From contig CAWHVC010000001.1 in assembly GCA_963832745.1 (NCBI GenBank), positions 608,001 through 672,000 of the forward strand: DNA of 64,000 nucleotides. The letters are read 5' to 3'. Origin of the DNA: Candidatus Bathyarchaeota archaeon (lineage in GTDB: Archaea > Thermoproteota > Bathyarchaeia > Bathyarchaeales > Bathycorpusculaceae). Of this stretch, positions 1 to 9,980 are shown piece after piece (position 1 is the stretch's first letter; each line of letters starts with the position of its first letter). The notes beneath the pieces are model-generated. The model searched no databases, was not told where the DNA came from, and saw only the letters and a list, made by a program, of their open reading frames with translations. A program made the position numbers and the translations under genes.

Positions 1-85
1 CTTTGACCCTCCTGTAGAGGCTTGTTTGGTTTGCGTTTGAGGTGTTGCTTAATTTTTCGTTTAATTGTTCCATGTGATTGTTCAT
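1..85 (-). CDS. 5' end of a gene running off the window (MNNHMEQLNEKLSNTSNANQTSLYRRVK...), product unknown
   Basis: ATG at 85 with GGTGA Shine-Dalgarno at 92-96 on the minus strand; open to the window edge; divergent from the next operon. Confidence 0.5.
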   Translation of the reverse strand, partial: MNNHMEQLNEKLSNTSNANQTSLYRRVK

Positions 86-299
86 TTATTTTCACCGTTA
101 GTTTGCGACTAATTTATTCATGGAACGTTTTCAATAAAAGAGGTAACGCACCCAACGCATACACCAAAGATGTAATCTTAAGAAAACACGGAAACAAAAA
201 AGATTAATTTTGAAAAAGCAAAGTTGTTTTTAAAACTATTTTTATAACTGCAACAACTATCTCCCCATAATAGCGTTAAAAGTGCAATGAGGAATCTCT

Positions 300-1775
300 G
301 TGAATCGAAGATATGACGTGTTAGTGATAGGCGCTGGCGTGATTGGTTGCTCCATCGCAAGAGACCTATCAAAATTCAAAATCAAAACAGCGCTATTAGA
401 GAAAGAAAGCGACGTCAGCAGTGGCGTTAGCAAAGGTAACAGTGGAGTCCTTCACACAGGTCTTTACTATCCTAAAGGAAGCTTGAAGGCTAAGTTATGT
501 GTAGAAGGGAGACTGATGTTTCCAGAACTGGCAAAACAACTTGACGTGCCATTCAAAATCTGCGGAAAACATGTAATCGCCCGGTCAGAAGAGGAACTCA
601 AAGACCTGGAACATTTGAAAGCGGTCGGGGAATCAAACGACATCAAAGGCTTAACTATAATCACGGGGCAAGACTTAAAAAAAAGAGAACCAAACTTGGA
701 TGCCCTTTACGCGTTATATTCTCCCGTGGCTGGAATCATTTCGCCATATCTTTTGACTATTGCCTTAGCCGAAAACGCTCTAAACAATGGCGTTGATGTT
801 TACATAAACACTGAAGTGACAAAAATAGAACAGTTAAACAGCGGATACCAGGTAATAACAAATCAAGGTGTCTTTTATACAGACATAATCGTAAATAGTG
901 CAGGTCTTTGCGCAGACAAAATCTCTGAAATGATAGGTGCACATAGTTACAAGCTATATCCGTGTCGTGGAGAATATCTCGTCCTAGACAAGAATTGTCG
1001 TAATCTAATCAACAGCCCCGCCTATCCAGTACCACCAAAAATCGCAGGCGTCTTAGGTGTTCATCTTACAACTACATTGAATGGTAATATACTAATTGGA
1101 CCTAGCGAAGAATTTATCAACGAAGGAGAAGATACAAGGACAACCAAAGAAAAGATTACTCAACTAATTGAAGGCGCCAAAAATCTACTGCCCTCAATTC
1201 CTTTGAACCAAATAATCTACAGCTTTTCTGCAGTGAGACCAAAAATTACTCCGCCTGAAGAAAAAGGATCTCGTGACTTTATCATAAAAGAAGAAACTGA
1301 AAGCTTTATAAACTTAATTGGAATGGAGTCCCCTGGTCTTACCGCCTCTCCTGCCATCGCAAGATTGGTTGTTAAGATGATAAGAGAAAAAATAGATTTG
1401 ATTGAAAAAACTGATTTTAACCCCATTCGTGAAAGAAAAACTGCTTTCAATAAAGCATCTAACTTGAAAAAGGCTTCTTTGATTAACAAGAATCCTGCTT
1501 ATGGCGAAATTGTCTGTAGATGTGAACAGGTGTCTAAACAGGAAGTCTTGGAAGCATTAAACAACCCAATTTCAGAGAAAACAATTTCTGCGGTAAAATA
1601 TCGAACCAGAGCAGGTATGGGTAGATGCCAAGGTGGTTTCTGTTTACCCAAAATTGTAGAAATCCTGAAAGACCAATACGGTTTAACGCCTGAAGAGATA
1701 AAATTGAAGAACATTGATTCGCCCATGTTTATAGGGGAAACAAAAAAAATGAGGAGCCGCAAAGGCCTTGAATGA
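300..1775 (+). CDS. FAD-dependent oxidoreductase with C-terminal BFD-like [2Fe-2S] domain (glycerol-3-phosphate dehydrogenase GlpA-like / LhgO family)
   Basis: GAGVIG FAD motif, SKGNSGVLH, GMESPGLTASPAIA, C-terminal CRCE...GRCQGGFC. Confidence 0.85.
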   Translation: MNRRYDVLVIGAGVIGCSIARDLSKFKIKTALLEKESDVSSGVSKGNSGVLHTGLYYPKGSLKAKLCVEGRLMFPELAKQLDVPFKICGKHVIARSEEELKDLEHLKAVGESNDIKGLTIITGQDLKKREPNLDALYALYSPVAGIISPYLLTIALAENALNNGVDVYINTEVTKIEQLNSGYQVITNQGVFYTDIIVNSAGLCADKISEMIGAHSYKLYPCRGEYLVLDKNCRNLINSPAYPVPPKIAGVLGVHLTTTLNGNILIGPSEEFINEGEDTRTTKEKITQLIEGAKNLLPSIPLNQIIYSFSAVRPKITPPEEKGSRDFIIKEETESFINLIGMESPGLTASPAIARLVVKMIREKIDLIEKTDFNPIRERKTAFNKASNLKKASLINKNPAYGEIVCRCEQVSKQEVLEALNNPISEKTISAVKYRTRAGMGRCQGGFCLPKIVEILKDQYGLTPEEIKLKNIDSPMFIGETKKMRSRKGLE

Positions 1776-3021
1776 TGTGCCTTCACACGCTGTTGATTTG
1801 GTTGTAATAGGTGCTGGCCCAGCAGGGCTATCTGCAGCTATAAGTGCTAGGAAAAATGGCATTCACAGTTTAATCGTTATAGAGAGAAACAGTTGGCTAG
1901 GCGGGGTTCTTCCCCAGTGTATACATGACGGTTTTGGTCTTGAATGCTTTAAAGAACAACTAACTGGTCCAGAATATGCTCAAAGATATGTTGATGAATT
2001 ACAAAGGTTAAAAATTCCATACATGCTTGACACCATGGTGCTGGAGGTTACGCCTAAAAAAAAGGTGCTCGTTGCTAGTCCAAAGGGTCTGTTTTGTTTT
2101 AAAGCCAAATCGGTAGTTTTTGCTATGGGTTGTCGTGAGCGTACCCGAGGACAGATATGCATTCCAGGAACAAGACCAGCTGGTGTATATACAGCAGGAG
2201 TAGCCCAAAATTTGATTAACTTAAAGAATGTGATGGTAGGCCGAGAGGTTGTTATACTCGGTTCGGGAGACGTAGGTTTGATTATGGCACGTAGGCTTAC
2301 TTTAGAAGGCGCGAAAGTCCATGCTGTTGTTGAGATTCTTCCTCACACTAACGGTCTACCGCGAAACGTACAGCAATGTCTAATTGACTATGACATTCCC
2401 TTACTGCTGTCTCATACTATCACCGAAATACACGGTAAAAATAGGGTTGAAGCAGTCACAATCTCGCCCGTAGACAAGAATTTAAAACCAATCAAAGGAA
2501 AAGACCAAAAAATTACTTGTGACACGGTTCTTCTCTCAATAGGCTTAATTCCAGAAAATGACCTGTCAAAAAAATGCGGGGTTAACCTCAGCGAAGTTAC
2601 TGGTGGAGCGATTATTGATGAAAATCTTGAAACGTCTGTATCAGGGGTTTTTGCTTGTGGGAATGCCCTTCAAGTCCATGATTTGGTGGATTTTGTTACC
2701 GTTGAAGCCGATAAGGCAGGAAAAAGTGCAGCAGATTTTATCCTTGGCAAAACAAAAAAATTAGAAAGAGTATCTGTAGAGGCAGGTAACAAAATTCGAT
2801 ATGTTTTGCCGCAAAGAATCTGCCCTGGCGCTGATGTTGAGCTATCGATGCGTGTTACCGGTCCAGAAGAAGATGGTAGTATTGGGTTTTTTAATGGAAA
2901 AACCCTTGTAATGACAAAAAAGTTTCGTAAAGTTCATCCTGCTCAAATGGTTAAAATAACACTTAAAGGGCATCAAACACGTGCTATTAACTCGATAAAA
3001 GTTGAGGTTTTAACTAAATGA
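1768..3021 (+). CDS. NAD(P)/FAD-dependent pyridine nucleotide-disulfide oxidoreductase (NADH oxidase-like partner of the GlpA-like subunit)
   Basis: GAGPAG, LPQCIHDGFG, GSGDVG, GVFACGN...HDLVD; overlaps the upstream gene. Confidence 0.85.
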   Translation: MNDVPSHAVDLVVIGAGPAGLSAAISARKNGIHSLIVIERNSWLGGVLPQCIHDGFGLECFKEQLTGPEYAQRYVDELQRLKIPYMLDTMVLEVTPKKKVLVASPKGLFCFKAKSVVFAMGCRERTRGQICIPGTRPAGVYTAGVAQNLINLKNVMVGREVVILGSGDVGLIMARRLTLEGAKVHAVVEILPHTNGLPRNVQQCLIDYDIPLLLSHTITEIHGKNRVEAVTISPVDKNLKPIKGKDQKITCDTVLLSIGLIPENDLSKKCGVNLSEVTGGAIIDENLETSVSGVFACGNALQVHDLVDFVTVEADKAGKSAADFILGKTKKLERVSVEAGNKIRYVLPQRICPGADVELSMRVTGPEEDGSIGFFNGKTLVMTKKFRKVHPAQMVKITLKGHQTRAINSIKVEVLTK

Positions 3022-3404
3022 AAAAGGAAATAATTTGCATTTGCTGCCCTAATGGCTGCTACCTCACGGTTGATTACGCCGAAACGGCTATAAGTAGTAT
3101 TTATGGAAACCGATGTGAAGCTGGGCTGAAATATGCTGAAAAAGAGGTTTTTAGCCCTGAACGAACTCTTACAACAACAATGAAGGTCAATCATGGGCAA
3201 TTTCCGCTGGTTAGTGTAAAAACCGAAAAACCAATTCCTAAAAGCATGATTTTTGACACTATGGATTTACTCTCAAAGGCTGAATTGGAAGCGCCCATTA
3301 AAATCGGAGGAATCGTCCTTCAAAACATCTTTAATACTGGCGTAAACATTGTAGCAACAAAAAATGTTCCAAAAAATACACAGAATATAGTTAGAAACCT
3401 TTGA
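3018..3404 (+). CDS. DUF1667 family small Fe-S/Zn-binding protein
   Basis: CICCPNGC...GNRC..G..YA motif; usual third gene of this operon type. Confidence 0.85.
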   Translation: MKKEIICICCPNGCYLTVDYAETAISSIYGNRCEAGLKYAEKEVFSPERTLTTTMKVNHGQFPLVSVKTEKPIPKSMIFDTMDLLSKAELEAPIKIGGIVLQNIFNTGVNIVATKNVPKNTQNIVRNL

Positions 3405-3421
3405 GGTTAAAGGTAAAAAAA

Positions 3422-3781
3422 TTACTTGCCTACTTCTTTGTCCGGATCTTCAGGAAGAAGTTTTTCTTCGTAACCGTAAATGCGTTTCATACGGCTTTCC
3501 CAACGCCTAAAGAACCTATACTGAGAAGTCATCAAATAAATTGTGTATACCAAAAAACCAGCGAGCAGCCCCACCAAAATCAAGTCGCTAACCTCAAAAC
3601 CAAACGTCTTAGAAATACGCAAATAAACCAAAACAAAACCCACCAGCAAAATAGAACAAATTAGAATGCTGAGAACTGCGCCACGTTTGAAACGGCCCCA
3701 TTCATGATTCATTTCAGATAGGAACTCGTGCGTTGTTTTTACTGGGTATTGCGGGTTTTCTTTTTCACTCATACTTGTCAT
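3422..3781 (-). CDS. Hypothetical membrane protein (2 TM)
   Basis: 119-aa ORF with two hydrophobic segments. Confidence 0.7.
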   Translation of the reverse strand: MTSMSEKENPQYPVKTTHEFLSEMNHEWGRFKRGAVLSILICSILLVGFVLVYLRISKTFGFEVSDLILVGLLAGFLVYTIYLMTSQYRFFRRWESRMKRIYGYEEKLLPEDPDKEVGK

Positions 3782-3833
3782 CTTTTTGTGCTTTTTTTCT
3801 GTTATATAGTTGATGCACCATTGGTGAATCTGG

Positions 3834-4094
3834 CTAAAGCAGTGACGGCAACGAATCCCTTAGGTTCGTGTAGATTTTTCTGCCCTCAGCAGTCAATAAG
3901 ATGTGGCCTTGCTCGTTTTCCTGAACAAACCCTTTGTCTTTTAGGTAAGTTAAATGCTTCAAGAAGTCATCGTACGAAACGTCGGTTGCTTTTCGCCAAA
4001 CGTGAGTGCGTAGCTGGTTTTTGCCGCTAAAGAAAAGGAACTCCAGTACCTCAAACCGTATTTGGACTGAACCTTTCCTTTTATCCCCCATCAT
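3834..4094 (-). CDS. Small winged-helix DNA-binding protein (archaeal HTH_45-like regulator)
   Basis: RTHVWRKATDVSYDDFLKHLTYLKDKGFV...LLTAEG pattern; probable ATG at 4094 or 4091. Confidence 0.75.
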   Translation of the reverse strand: MMGDKRKGSVQIRFEVLEFLFFSGKNQLRTHVWRKATDVSYDDFLKHLTYLKDKGFVQENEQGHILLTAEGRKIYTNLRDSLPSLL

Positions 4095-4171
4095 GCACAC
4101 CCACAGGCTAAATGCTTGCTTGCATCCGCCAGTTGAATGCTAAACATTGATTCCGTACGTACTTAAAAAAA

Positions 4172-5464
4172 TTAGCTAAACCTAAGAAGCAACGGATGAC
4201 GTTTCCTAAAATAAATAAGCAAACTGACACAACCCAAAACTGCTAAGCCTAACACTACCACTATACAGATCTCCAGAAATCCTGCAGATTGCTCAGTCAG
4301 GGGATTTTGCCTTTGGGAGACTAAATCAGAAGGGATTGGCGTAGAAGGCAAAAGCGCTGTTGATGTTGGGTTATTTATTTGCAGGTTGTAAGGTTTCATG
4401 GCGGGGTAGTTATCTCTGCCTTCTTCCACTGTTACGGTTCGATTTTGCTGATAATCCGTGTAGGTAGTCACTAGAAAGTATGGAGTGTCGCCGATACCAT
4501 CGTTGTTGTTGTCATAGCCAGTGTAGTCGCTCCAGTAATTGCCCACTGTACCGTTAAACCAAAAGTTCACCGGTGAATTTCTGATAAACCCAACTACCGC
4601 GTTTTCACAGTTATCGATAAAGTTGTTGCCGTAAACGTAATTGTTTACCCATTCAGCCGAATTCGCGTTTATCAGAATTCCTTCATAGTTTTCTTGAAAA
4701 TTGTTGCCCACTATCTGATTGTCGGCACCTATATTGTAAAGAGCAATTCCTTTGATACGGGTAAAATTGTTGTTTACCAATTTTGAATTAAGAAAGCCAC
4801 CCCAAATGCCGTATTGCTCAGGCTGTAACGCTATACGTGGCGCTTCTTGTCCGGTTCCCACTATAAGGTTTGCTTCGATACGGATGTAACTGGGAACACT
4901 TTCTTGAGGATTGTCTGGCAAGAAATGCATTGCAGATGAAAAAGACTGATCAGTTAATGCTATGTCGTTACCAACTATGTTAACGTGCGAAGCAGAAAAC
5001 ACAACTATCCCCGTCAAGGTGTCTCTTACAATGTTATGAATAATAGTAACTTCGGAAGAGTTCGCTTCAACTGTTACCCCAGTAATGCAGCCCTTAAACG
5101 CTATGTCAGTTACTGTGACATTATTTGCACCATTAACATGAACGCCAGGAAGCCAACCAACAGGCGCCATCAAGTTTTGAGTGTTAACAGACGGCTTAGT
5201 AATGCTGAAACCGTTGCCATCCAGCACAATGTTTGAACATTGAATATCTATGGTGTTATTGACGTTTCCAGTTAACATGTAAGTGTTTCCAGCAAGGACT
5301 AACGGTGCAGTTGAGGGATTAACTTGTCCGTCACTTTGAATGATTATTGGCGGCGGCAAAGCGGGAAGAGGAGTAAAATTGGCACATGCCAAACCAGTAA
5401 ACAGTACAGTGCAAGAGAATAACAAGATAAACATTAAACTTGTCGCTAACAATTTTTTCTTCAT
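4172..5464 (-). CDS. Cell-surface right-handed beta-helix (NosD/CASH) protein with C-terminal membrane anchor
   Basis: Signal peptide, IIIQSDG, Asn-rich PbH1 repeats, GNYWSDY..D.NNDGIGDTPY, C-terminal TM followed by RKR. Confidence 0.85.
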   Translation of the reverse strand: MKKKLLATSLMFILLFSCTVLFTGLACANFTPLPALPPPIIIQSDGQVNPSTAPLVLAGNTYMLTGNVNNTIDIQCSNIVLDGNGFSITKPSVNTQNLMAPVGWLPGVHVNGANNVTVTDIAFKGCITGVTVEANSSEVTIIHNIVRDTLTGIVVFSASHVNIVGNDIALTDQSFSSAMHFLPDNPQESVPSYIRIEANLIVGTGQEAPRIALQPEQYGIWGGFLNSKLVNNNFTRIKGIALYNIGADNQIVGNNFQENYEGILINANSAEWVNNYVYGNNFIDNCENAVVGFIRNSPVNFWFNGTVGNYWSDYTGYDNNNDGIGDTPYFLVTTYTDYQQNRTVTVEEGRDNYPAMKPYNLQINNPTSTALLPSTPIPSDLVSQRQNPLTEQSAGFLEICIVVVLGLAVLGCVSLLIYFRKRHPLLLRFS

Positions 5465-6391
5465 CTAAGTGGTCTCCTTTGGTTTCAATTTTCTAAAAAA
5501 GAGCAAAGAACATACAGCCACAAGGGTGACAATTGAAACTAAAACCATGAACGTTTGCACCGTACCATTCAAGGAGACATCTGCAGAGGCGACTGTTCCG
5601 GTTGGAGTTGGCGATAGAATGGTAATTGCTGGATGGTCATACGGCAAGCCTTCAAAGGAGGTGTCTTGGTTAAAATTGATTAAGGGGTCGGTTAAAGGGT
5701 GATAATCTATGATTTTATCGCCTTGACTATAAGGTGTGTCCCATACGCCGGTGTCTCGGATTTCTTGTGCGTTTGGAAATCTTGTAATGTAATCGCCCCA
5801 ATAGTTTCTGTCCACCGCAGGGTCTGGCGAAAGCCAAACAGACAAACTACTTAGAATATTGTTTTCGATGATGACATTGCCACCACTAGAATAGTTGATT
5901 GAAATTCCTGTTGTGCAGTTCTTCACCGTATTTTGTAAAAGAAGATTGTTTCCGCTTCCAATTATCCAAAAACCTGTGTCACAGTTTTCGATATAGTTGC
6001 CAATGAAGGTGTTGTTGTTTGAGTTTTCACTGCTTATTGCAAAATCGCAGTTTATGATTTTTAGGTTAGTTATTGTTACATTGCGAATGCTTGGCCGTGA
6101 AGGGTCTTGCCCTACCCCGTTTCCAAGGTCTATTCCTCGTGTCGCATCTTCAACAGTGTAACCGGCACCATCGATTGTGATATAACTTTTCTGAACTTGG
6201 ATTCCACCCGAAATGTTCCCCGTCAAAGTGTAGATGTTGCCGTTGCGTTGGATATTGCTGGTTCCAGTAACTGAGCCGTCAGCTTTAATCACAATGGGTT
6301 CTGATTGTTGGGCGGTTGTAAAACTTGTTAAGCATAAAGACAACGCGATTAAGGTTGCAAGCAAAATGGTTGAGGCTGCTTTTTTAGTCAT
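5465..6391 (-). CDS. Cell-surface NosD/beta-helix protein, paralog of 4172-5464
   Basis: IVIKADGSV, NYWGDY...GVWDTPY, signal peptide and C-terminal TM. Confidence 0.85.
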   Translation of the reverse strand: MTKKAASTILLATLIALSLCLTSFTTAQQSEPIVIKADGSVTGTSNIQRNGNIYTLTGNISGGIQVQKSYITIDGAGYTVEDATRGIDLGNGVGQDPSRPSIRNVTITNLKIINCDFAISSENSNNNTFIGNYIENCDTGFWIIGSGNNLLLQNTVKNCTTGISINYSSGGNVIIENNILSSLSVWLSPDPAVDRNYWGDYITRFPNAQEIRDTGVWDTPYSQGDKIIDYHPLTDPLINFNQDTSFEGLPYDHPAITILSPTPTGTVASADVSLNGTVQTFMVLVSIVTLVAVCSLLFFRKLKPKETT

Positions 6392-6433
6392 GACTTACCC
6401 CAAAAACCATTGGCGAAAAGTGGTTATAATGGG

Positions 6434-6457
6434 TTTTCGTCAAGAAAGTTTGACTAA
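6434..6457 (-). promoter_or_regulatory. Palindromic GTCAA-N6-TTGAC site abutting BRE/TATA of the 6391 gene
   Basis: TTTTCGTCAAGAAAGTTTGACTAA, 23/24 identical to 7551-7574, TTATAA at 6424-6429. Confidence 0.7.
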
Positions 6458-6504
6458 CCGTTTCTAAGGTTAACTTGAACTTGTTTGACTAACCAGAAGG
6501 GGTT

Positions 6505-7506
6505 TCAAGTAAAAACTGGCGTGTTTGGGTACAGTTGCGCATACGCCTGATGATGCACAAATGCCACTTCTCCACTGCCAGCCCAAATGGAAACCAAAAG
6601 TTCAGTGACACTACCAGGATATGTCCCGTTAAGAGGCAAAGTTACGGACCAAGCAGGAAACAAAACGTTACCCTCCACAATTTGCGGCATCAAAACGGCG
6701 GTGCACCGATTTTCAAGTACATCAAACTCGTCAACAACCCAGTCGTCAGACATTCTGTAAGAATAGCTTTGAATAGCATTAAGGGCGATAACTACGGCTT
6801 GTTCCTTTGAAATATTCACATTGGTGTCGCCTATTGAATAGACTTGCCGATCATCTCCAATCATGGAAAAAAATCCATCCTTAAAACCCATCACTACATA
6901 TCGGTAATCACAACCGTTAAAGGACTGCATCCAACGGAACTGCACAGAATCGCCAAAAGCAGTGCCAGTTAAATCTGCATGTTTAACTTCCAGCTTAAGA
7001 TTGCCTGACATCAAAGTCGCGTTTTCGGCTGGGTTAATATCACGCAGCAGATCAAAAAGCAAAGTTGAGTTCAACCCAGAGAATTCTTGATATTTCTGCA
7101 AAAAGGTCACAGCGGTTTCGGTGATGTTGCTGTACTGAGAGTCACTAATTATGTAGCCTCTCTTATTATCCAATGCAACATAAGTTAAAACGCCGTTCCG
7201 TATTTCACAGATAACATTTAACGTATTATTTTCGGACTTTAAAGAGTAAGTTAAAAGTTCGTTTTCGTTGGCTGCAATTGAGCCATTGGATGAAGAAAGC
7301 GGTTTACCAGAATTTTCAAGACTGATGTTATATCGTGAAGTATCAATAGGCAACACGTTTTCTATGAAGTCTAAAGCAATTTTTTGGCCAACTGAAACAG
7401 CCGAGTCTTTTGACTCTGCAAACGGCAATTGTTGAACCACGACAACTGTTCCAGTAATAATACCAAGAACAGCGAACGCCAAGAGCACAACGTAAAAACG
7501 CTTCAT
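6505..7506 (-). CDS. Hypothetical N-terminally anchored surface protein (possible PepSY-like C-terminal region)
   Basis: 333-aa ORF, N-terminal TM, many N-x-S/T sequons, ISKEQAV.IA...PAW.V...V.IWA.SGEV. Confidence 0.75.
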   Translation of the reverse strand: MKRFYVVLLAFAVLGIITGTVVVVQQLPFAESKDSAVSVGQKIALDFIENVLPIDTSRYNISLENSGKPLSSSNGSIAANENELLTYSLKSENNTLNVICEIRNGVLTYVALDNKRGYIISDSQYSNITETAVTFLQKYQEFSGLNSTLLFDLLRDINPAENATLMSGNLKLEVKHADLTGTAFGDSVQFRWMQSFNGCDYRYVVMGFKDGFFSMIGDDRQVYSIGDTNVNISKEQAVVIALNAIQSYSYRMSDDWVVDEFDVLENRCTAVLMPQIVEGNVLFPAWSVTLPLNGTYPGSVTELLVSIWAGSGEVAFVHHQAYAQLYPNTPVFT

Positions 7507-7550
7507 CAGGCTTCCCTATAGGGCAGAACTATTTTTTTGAAATAAAACCG

Positions 7551-7574
7551 TTTTCGTCAAGAAACTTTGACTAA
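7551..7574 (-). promoter_or_regulatory. Second GTCAA-N6-TTGAC site upstream of the 7506 gene
   Basis: TTTTCGTCAAGAAACTTTGACTAA, 45 nt from the start codon (43 nt in the other copy). Confidence 0.7.
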
Positions 7575-7609
7575 AGCAGTAAACAGCACCCTTTGGCGTA
7601 TATTTGCAA

Positions 7610-7660
7610 CCTATTAGGCTCCAAATAACAGTTCTATGCAAAAACCTATAGAGGATAGGT
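7610..7660 (+). repeat. Dispersed intergenic phased-YCTAT element, copy 1
   Basis: CCTATTAGGCTCCAAATAACAGTTCTATGCAAAAACCTATAGAGGATAGGT, alignable to 47453, 49681 and 49743. Confidence 0.7.
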
Positions 7661-7782
7661 CAAAACTGGGGAGTACGCTCTACCTGTGTTTTTCGGCCAT
7701 CAAAATTGCAAAACACTAAGGGGTAGTTGCTAATGCTGTAGAAGCCAGCTAAAAGCATGTTGAAATCTTATCAGAGCCAAAA

Positions 7783-9147
7783 TCAATTAAGTTTTGTAAA
7801 AGCCCAATCAGTCACATACTCGAAAGGTCTCCCAATAATGCTGTAACCTGTCTCACCAACGTGTTTTCTGCATTTGAACTGCAGTTGGGCTTTGCCTATG
7901 GCGAATTTTAGTTTTCTTTCACTAAAACCTGAATCACACAGCAGCTTGTGACGGATTAAACTCCAGTTTTTGGGTTCTTCCCAGTTAGCGGCAGAAACGG
8001 CGCCGACATGTTTAACTCGGTCATGCAGGGGCGTTCCAGGAATTGGGTAAGGCAAAGTAAAAGACAAATAATCCAGCGGCAGCTTGGTTGCAAAACGTAT
8101 CGTTTCAAGAATCGACTTATCATTCTCTCCGGGATACCCGATGATAAAGAAGGCACCAACTTTAAGTCCTGCTGCTTTAGCAGCAAAAACAGCGTGCCTA
8201 GCCTGAAAAACGTTGACACGTTTATGCATAAGATTAAGGATGCGGTCGCTGCCTGATTCAATCCCGAAAAATACACGTTCACACCCAGCCCGCTTCATAC
8301 AAGTAGCAACATCCAAATCAACCGTGTCCACACGAGACAAGCACTCCCAACCCAGCCGCAGGCGCCTTTTAACCAGCAAATCACACACCTGCAAAATTTG
8401 CTCTTTATCCAAAGTGAAGCAGTCGTCAGCAAACCAAACCCGCTCATACCCTAAACGTTCAACCTCATCAGCCTCCGCCACGATGTTTTCTGGCGAACGC
8501 ATGCGAAGGTGTTGACCAAAAACGGGACGGCTACAGAAATCGCAGCTAAAAGGGCAGCCTCGGGAAGAAATCATTGGAGTAGTTGTGTAACCGAAATGCT
8601 TAGCGTAATAAGCTTTGTAGTGGCTGTCATCGAAGAGGTCGCGGCTTGGAAAAGGCAAAGCATCCAAGTTCTCGATGAACCCACGTTGGGCTGTGTGAAC
8701 TGCGCGCCCATCCTTCTTGAAAACAATCCCGCGCACCCCACTAACATCTGAACCCTGCTCAATGCAGCCTGCAAGTTCAACAATCGTTTCTTCTCCCTCA
8801 CCTACAACGGAAACGTCGAAAACGTCTAAGAAGCCTTCAGGGTCAAGCGTCGGCAAAGGTCCGCCTACAACAAGCAAGTTGCAGTCATCACGTAGCAGTC
8901 GAGCAAGTTCCATTGTGGTTTGTTTCATTGAAAACATTGAGTAGAATCCGAGAATTTGAGGTTTGGACTGCCGGATTTGTTGGACTGCTTGTTGTTTTGT
9001 TAAAAATGTGCAGTCTACAAGGGCGACACTAAAGCCTTTTTGTTTTAAGGCGGATGCTAAGTATCCTAAGCCTAATGGTGGGAAACGGAAGATTGAGTTG
9101 TCCCTTTGAGGTTGAAAGAAAGGGTAAACCAGCGTTACGGTTACCAT
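7783..9147 (-). CDS. Cobalamin-binding (class B) radical SAM protein
   Basis: PPLGLGYLAS B12 domain, VVGEGE, SRGCPFSCDFC, GIESGS, FIIGYPGE; probable ATG at 9147. Confidence 0.9.
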   Translation of the reverse strand: MVTVTLVYPFFQPQRDNSIFRFPPLGLGYLASALKQKGFSVALVDCTFLTKQQAVQQIRQSKPQILGFYSMFSMKQTTMELARLLRDDCNLLVVGGPLPTLDPEGFLDVFDVSVVGEGEETIVELAGCIEQGSDVSGVRGIVFKKDGRAVHTAQRGFIENLDALPFPSRDLFDDSHYKAYYAKHFGYTTTPMISSRGCPFSCDFCSRPVFGQHLRMRSPENIVAEADEVERLGYERVWFADDCFTLDKEQILQVCDLLVKRRLRLGWECLSRVDTVDLDVATCMKRAGCERVFFGIESGSDRILNLMHKRVNVFQARHAVFAAKAAGLKVGAFFIIGYPGENDKSILETIRFATKLPLDYLSFTLPYPIPGTPLHDRVKHVGAVSAANWEEPKNWSLIRHKLLCDSGFSERKLKFAIGKAQLQFKCRKHVGETGYSIIGRPFEYVTDWAFTKLN

Positions 9148-9341
9148 TAAAAACCACAAAACAAAGGTTGAGGACAGCGCCTCACAAGTTAATTGAGTGA
9201 AAATAGGCTTAAAAACCTTAACCAAAAACAAACCAACCAGCCATATTTCATGAAGGCTTCTTTAAGCAAAACTTTATTATGGATTGTTAAATTTTACAAT
9301 CGATTGAAAAAATCTCTATTAACAAATAATGCAGGGAAACT

Positions 9342-9980
9342 ATGGTTACATTGGCTGATTTAGGCTTCTGCCAAGACATAATCTGCGAAACCATACTCTG
9401 CACCTTCAATGCGGATGGAAGCCCAAACGCTGCGCCCATGGGCGTAACCATGCAAAACAACCAGCAAGTCTCCTTAATCATTTACAAGTCCTCAAAAACA
9501 CTGAAAAACCTGCAAACCACCAAAGCTGCCACATTAAACTTGACGGACAACATTGACGTTTACTACAAAGCAGCTCTGAAAGATGACGGATTGCCGGTAG
9601 AGTTGTTTGAAAAATCCGACATTGTAAACGCGCCAAAAATGAAAAAATCAAACGCTACTGTTGCATTAACAGTTGGAAACTTTACGCTTGTTGATGATAA
9701 AAGAATCAAAGTTACATGCAGTGTTAAGCAGATTGAGGCTTCAAAAGTGTACCCGCAAAGCTACTGTCGGGCGATGCCTGCCGTTCTTGAAGCAATAATC
9801 CATGCCACACGCATAAAAGTTTTAGCTGGCACCAAAGAGGAGCAGGAGCATGTGGCTAAACTTTTAAAGTTAATTCAAAACTGCAATGACGTGGTTAACC
9901 ATTCAGCCCCAGATTCGCATTACGCTGAATTAATGGCTAATTTGCAGAGAAAGATTGATTTATGGAGGGCTAAAACTTGA
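9342..9980 (+). CDS. DUF447 family protein (methanopterin-associated)
   Basis: ET...T.NADGSPNAAPMGV, R...AVLEAIIHATR; adjacent to RFAP synthase. Confidence 0.85.
   Translation: MVTLADLGFCQDIICETILCTFNADGSPNAAPMGVTMQNNQQVSLIIYKSSKTLKNLQTTKAATLNLTDNIDVYYKAALKDDGLPVELFEKSDIVNAPKMKKSNATVALTVGNFTLVDDKRIKVTCSVKQIEASKVYPQSYCRAMPAVLEAIIHATRIKVLAGTKEEQEHVAKLLKLIQNCNDVVNHSAPDSHYAELMANLQRKIDLWRAKT

Noticed and set aside
1-85. Calling the partial gene a glycerol facilitator or kinase
   Set aside because: Only 28 codons are visible, with no diagnostic motif.
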